Source: Candidatus Bathyarchaeota archaeon (GTDB lineage Archaea > Thermoproteota > Bathyarchaeia > Bathyarchaeales > Bathycorpusculaceae). Taken from it: a stretch of 34,807 nt of DNA. The notes below the pieces were generated by a model. That model was not told the origin of the DNA. It did no database searches and saw only the letters and a list, made by a program, of their open reading frames with translations. Every line of letters begins with the position of its first letter. The stretch's first letter is position 1. Both the position numbers and the translations under genes were made by a program. The stretch is taken from positions 1 to 34,807 of the forward strand of contig DAOVMU010000001.1 of NCBI GenBank assembly GCA_030630585.1, read 5' to 3'. Below, in pieces: positions 32,332-34,807 of the stretch.

Positions 32332-33786
32332 CTATCTTTGCACTGTTTTGAGAAGCCTTTTTTCGTGGTTATAGATTTCTACGGTGAAGGGCATTTGTCC
32401 AATTGCGAAGTGTGAGGCACATGCGAAACACGGGTCATAGGCTCTGAAAGCCATTTCAACCTTGTTGAGTAAGCCTTGGTTTACGTTACCACCGTGAATT
32501 AAGCCTTTGGCTGCATCACGAACGGACATGCAAATTGCTGGGTAATTGTTAGTTGTTGCAACAATCAGGTTCACATTTTTGATGAGTGCATTCTCGTCCA
32601 ACAAATAATGATGGATTAAGGTTCCTCTAGCTGCCTCTACTACTCCTACGCCTTCTCCAGGTTTGCCTGGCAGGTTGCGGATATTCGTGCTTGTTATCTC
32701 CGAGTCTTTGCATAGTTCTACTGCTCTTTCTGCAGCGTAAAGTAACTCAATGAGCCTAGCCCAGTGGAAAGCCAATGTGGAATGGACAGGTTTTCCACCT
32801 AAAGCCTTGTACATAAGCTCATACTCTTCTTGTGCAAGCGGGGTAGCCATACCATCTGCGGCGTTAAGTCTTCCAAGAGGACCAACACGATATACTCCGC
32901 TGTCTACTCCATCAACGAAGCCTTTCCATCCCACCTTCTTCAAGTAAGGCGCCTTCACATACGTCCATTCTTCCACATGCTCAGCGACATGATCAAGATA
33001 ATCTTTAGGTTCAAACTTTAGGAACTCGTTACCGGACGGGTCGACAACTCTTACTTTGCCGTCGTAGAAGTTAACTTTGTTATTTTCGTCAACAATGCCC
33101 ATATAATAGGTTTTTAACGTATAGGCGGCGCTTTTGATCATGTCCACGTATTTTTCATTTCCTAGAACAATGTCGTGAAACAGCTTCAACGAAAGCTTTG
33201 CAAATTCCACACATGAATTAGCCATTTCTTCAATTTCTTGTCTCTCTTCTTCGCTTAATGATTTAGAGATTCCTCCCGGCAATCCGCAAACTGGATGAGT
33301 GGCTTTTCCTCCGATGATTTCTGTTATTTTTTGTCCGTACGCCCTATGTTTAATGACTTGTTTGCCAATTTCCAAACCTGCCTTTTCAATTACGCCTAGA
33401 ATGTTTCTTTTCTCTGGCGGCGCTTCAGGTCCAACTATGAAGTCTGGTCCACCCAAATAGAAGAAGTGTAGTATGTGGTCATAGATTATGTAGCCGCAAT
33501 ACATTAGTTCCCTAAGCTTTTTTGCAGCGGACGGCGGTTCAACGTTGAATGCAGCATCTAAAGCTTTTGTTCCAGCATAATGATGGGCGACAGGGCAGAC
33601 TCCACATATTCTGCTGGTTATTTGCGGCATGTCTTCAGCTTTTCTTCCAACACAGAATCTTTCGAAACCTCTGAGTTCTGGAATTTGAAGATACGCATTT
33701 GCCACATTTCCCTGTTCATCCAGAAAAATCGTGATTTTTCCATGACCTTCCAGTCTTGTAATTGGGTTTATAATGACTTCTCTCAT
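32332..33786 (-). CDS. mvhA: [NiFe] hydrogenase large subunit, group 3 (MvhA/VhuA-like, F420-non-reducing type)
   Basis: The N-terminal ITRLEGHGKITIFLDEQGNV...ELRGFERFCVGRKAEDMPQITSRICGVCPVAHH contains the L1 motif RxCGxC. The C-terminal DPCFACASH is the L2 motif DPCxxCxxH. Size and N-terminus resemble MvhA. Confidence 0.85.
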   Translation of the reverse strand: MREVIINPITRLEGHGKITIFLDEQGNVANAYLQIPELRGFERFCVGRKAEDMPQITSRICGVCPVAHHYAGTKALDAAFNVEPPSAAKKLRELMYCGYIIYDHILHFFYLGGPDFIVGPEAPPEKRNILGVIEKAGLEIGKQVIKHRAYGQKITEIIGGKATHPVCGLPGGISKSLSEEERQEIEEMANSCVEFAKLSLKLFHDIVLGNEKYVDMIKSAAYTLKTYYMGIVDENNKVNFYDGKVRVVDPSGNEFLKFEPKDYLDHVAEHVEEWTYVKAPYLKKVGWKGFVDGVDSGVYRVGPLGRLNAADGMATPLAQEEYELMYKALGGKPVHSTLAFHWARLIELLYAAERAVELCKDSEITSTNIRNLPGKPGEGVGVVEAARGTLIHHYLLDENALIKNVNLIVATTNNYPAICMSVRDAAKGLIHGGNVNQGLLNKVEMAFRAYDPCFACASHFAIGQMPFTVEIYNHEKRLLKTVQR

Positions 33787-34775
33787 TTTTCCATAATCCT
33801 CCTTTTAAGAATTGAAGATGGTAGCGAGTACATGTAAAACGTTCCCAAGGGATCTTTTATTTGAGCAATAAGCTTTTCAATGTCAGCTTCCGTGTATTTT
33901 TCCTTCTCTTCTTCCAAGCCGAGTAATGACGCTAGGGCACTGATCATTGCAGCTCCCTGTTCAAGCGAGTTTGGACATGGTCCTCCGCATCCGGTGCATG
34001 GCATACCTGCTTTTATGCATCTTGCGGTGCATCCTCCACGGGTTGCTGGACCCATGCAGATTATTCCTTGTTCTAGAAGACATTTGTTTGGGTCTGGAAT
34101 TATCTCGTATATGCGATGTATTTCAGGGATTTGCATTTTTTCTTTCTTTAATGGGTTTAATGGACATTCATCGCAGACCGATTTTAAGGGAGCCAGCACT
34201 GAACCTTTAGGTGGAAGCTCACCTTTCACTATGGTTTCTAAAGCGCTTACTGTAAGTTCGACTGACGGTGGGCAGCCTGGAACAGAATAGTCAACGTCCA
34301 CCGTTTGAGCTAAGGTTTTTACAGTGTCGTAGAATTCTGGAAGCTCCAACTTGCCTTCTTTGACTGTAACTCGAGTTTTGGGAGTTACGCCTTCAGGGTT
34401 GATAGTAGAAATGTTTTGGAGGTAAGCCTTTTCAAACACTTCTCTTCTGTTTGCGACGTTTGCTAAACCTGGTATTCCTCCCATGTATGAGCATGACCCA
34501 TATGCAATCAAAACTTTTGATTTCTCCCTAAGTAATTTCGCCATTTTCTCGTTTTCTTCGGTTCTTACTGCACCGTTGAAAAAGCAGACATCTATGTATT
34601 TATCTGGCATGTTCTCAACATCCTTGTATTTGATGTCCATTGCAACGGGCCAGAAAACAATGTCTGCTACTTGTACGACTTCCAAGATTTTCTCGTTAAT
34701 GTCTAATATTGAGATTTCGCAGCCGCCGCAGCTTGCAGCCCAGTAAAAGCCGAATTTCAGTTTTTCTTTCGCCAT
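33783..34775 (-). CDS. mvhG: [NiFe] hydrogenase small subunit, group 3 (MvhG-like), no Tat signal
   Basis: FYWAASCGGCEISILD is the proximal cluster CxxC. GSCSYMGGIPG and the C-terminal CLLEQGIICMGPATRGGCTARCIKAGMPCTGCGGP cluster motifs are present. There is no twin-arginine leader, so it is cytoplasmic. It overlaps mvhA as ATGA. Confidence 0.8.
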   Translation of the reverse strand: MAKEKLKFGFYWAASCGGCEISILDINEKILEVVQVADIVFWPVAMDIKYKDVENMPDKYIDVCFFNGAVRTEENEKMAKLLREKSKVLIAYGSCSYMGGIPGLANVANRREVFEKAYLQNISTINPEGVTPKTRVTVKEGKLELPEFYDTVKTLAQTVDVDYSVPGCPPSVELTVSALETIVKGELPPKGSVLAPLKSVCDECPLNPLKKEKMQIPEIHRIYEIIPDPNKCLLEQGIICMGPATRGGCTARCIKAGMPCTGCGGPCPNSLEQGAAMISALASLLGLEEEKEKYTEADIEKLIAQIKDPLGTFYMYSLPSSILKRRIMEK

Positions 34776-34807
34776 CTTATCATCCTACATATGAATTCGA
34801 CTTAGGA

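Noticed and set aside
33880-34290. 136-aa and 87-aa plus-strand ORFs within the hydrogenase small-subunit gene
   Set aside because: They are antisense to a gene with clear [Fe-S] cluster motifs, and they have no independent support.
1-34807. Mobile element, prophage or defence island
   Set aside because: I could find no integrase, transposase, terminal inverted repeats, restriction-modification, toxin-antitoxin or Cas-like genes. The only hint is the tRNA-like fragment at 530-588, which has no partner repeat in the window.

Overview
The window looks like a densely coded, moderately AT-rich archaeal chromosome segment. The archaeal call is an inference from MoaB-type Moco genes, an NcsA/SAMP/E1 set, an Mvh-like group 3 [NiFe] hydrogenase, an AOR-family tungstoenzyme, TATA-like promoters and sequon-rich surface proteins. 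I found no rRNA, CRISPR array, integrase or transposase. Content from left to right: (1) a flavodoxin-fold gene cut by the window edge, an M29 aminopeptidase, and a KaiC-like protein with a degenerate P-loop. (2) A ubiquitin-like/E1 sulfur-relay cluster: moaE, a moaD-like Ubl, an NcsA/TtuA tRNA thiolase, a MoeB/UbaA-like E1 and a second diglycine Ubl, plus a 54-codon ORF ending VGGG that the ORF track does not list. (3) A tungsten/pterin island: tupABC with a ModE-like regulator, then moaA, a second moaE, moaC, moaB and moeA. (4) A thioredoxin-like gene, tRNA(CAU), a flavodoxin, a roughly 590 bp gap of unclear coding status, a zinc-ribbon membrane protein, a B12-radical SAM enzyme and an M24 peptidase. 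(5) A birA plus Na+-pumping oxaloacetate-decarboxylase operon with an unusual subunit split. (6) An AOR-family oxidoreductase with a poly-[4Fe-4S] partner. (7) Two adjacent giant secreted proteins carrying dockerin-like modules. One of them has six tandem Cys/Trp-rich repeats with a signature I cannot assign to any known domain. (8) A hydrogenase maturation protease with MvhA/MvhG-like subunits running to the window edge. The items most worth follow-up are the unassigned repeat domain and the dockerin-tagged protein pair, the hidden third Ubl-like ORF, and two conserved genes (the E1 and an OadG-C-like ORF). Neither of those two genes has an ATG/GTG/TTG start. Both begin at an ATA that overlaps the stop of an upstream ORF at an A-run.
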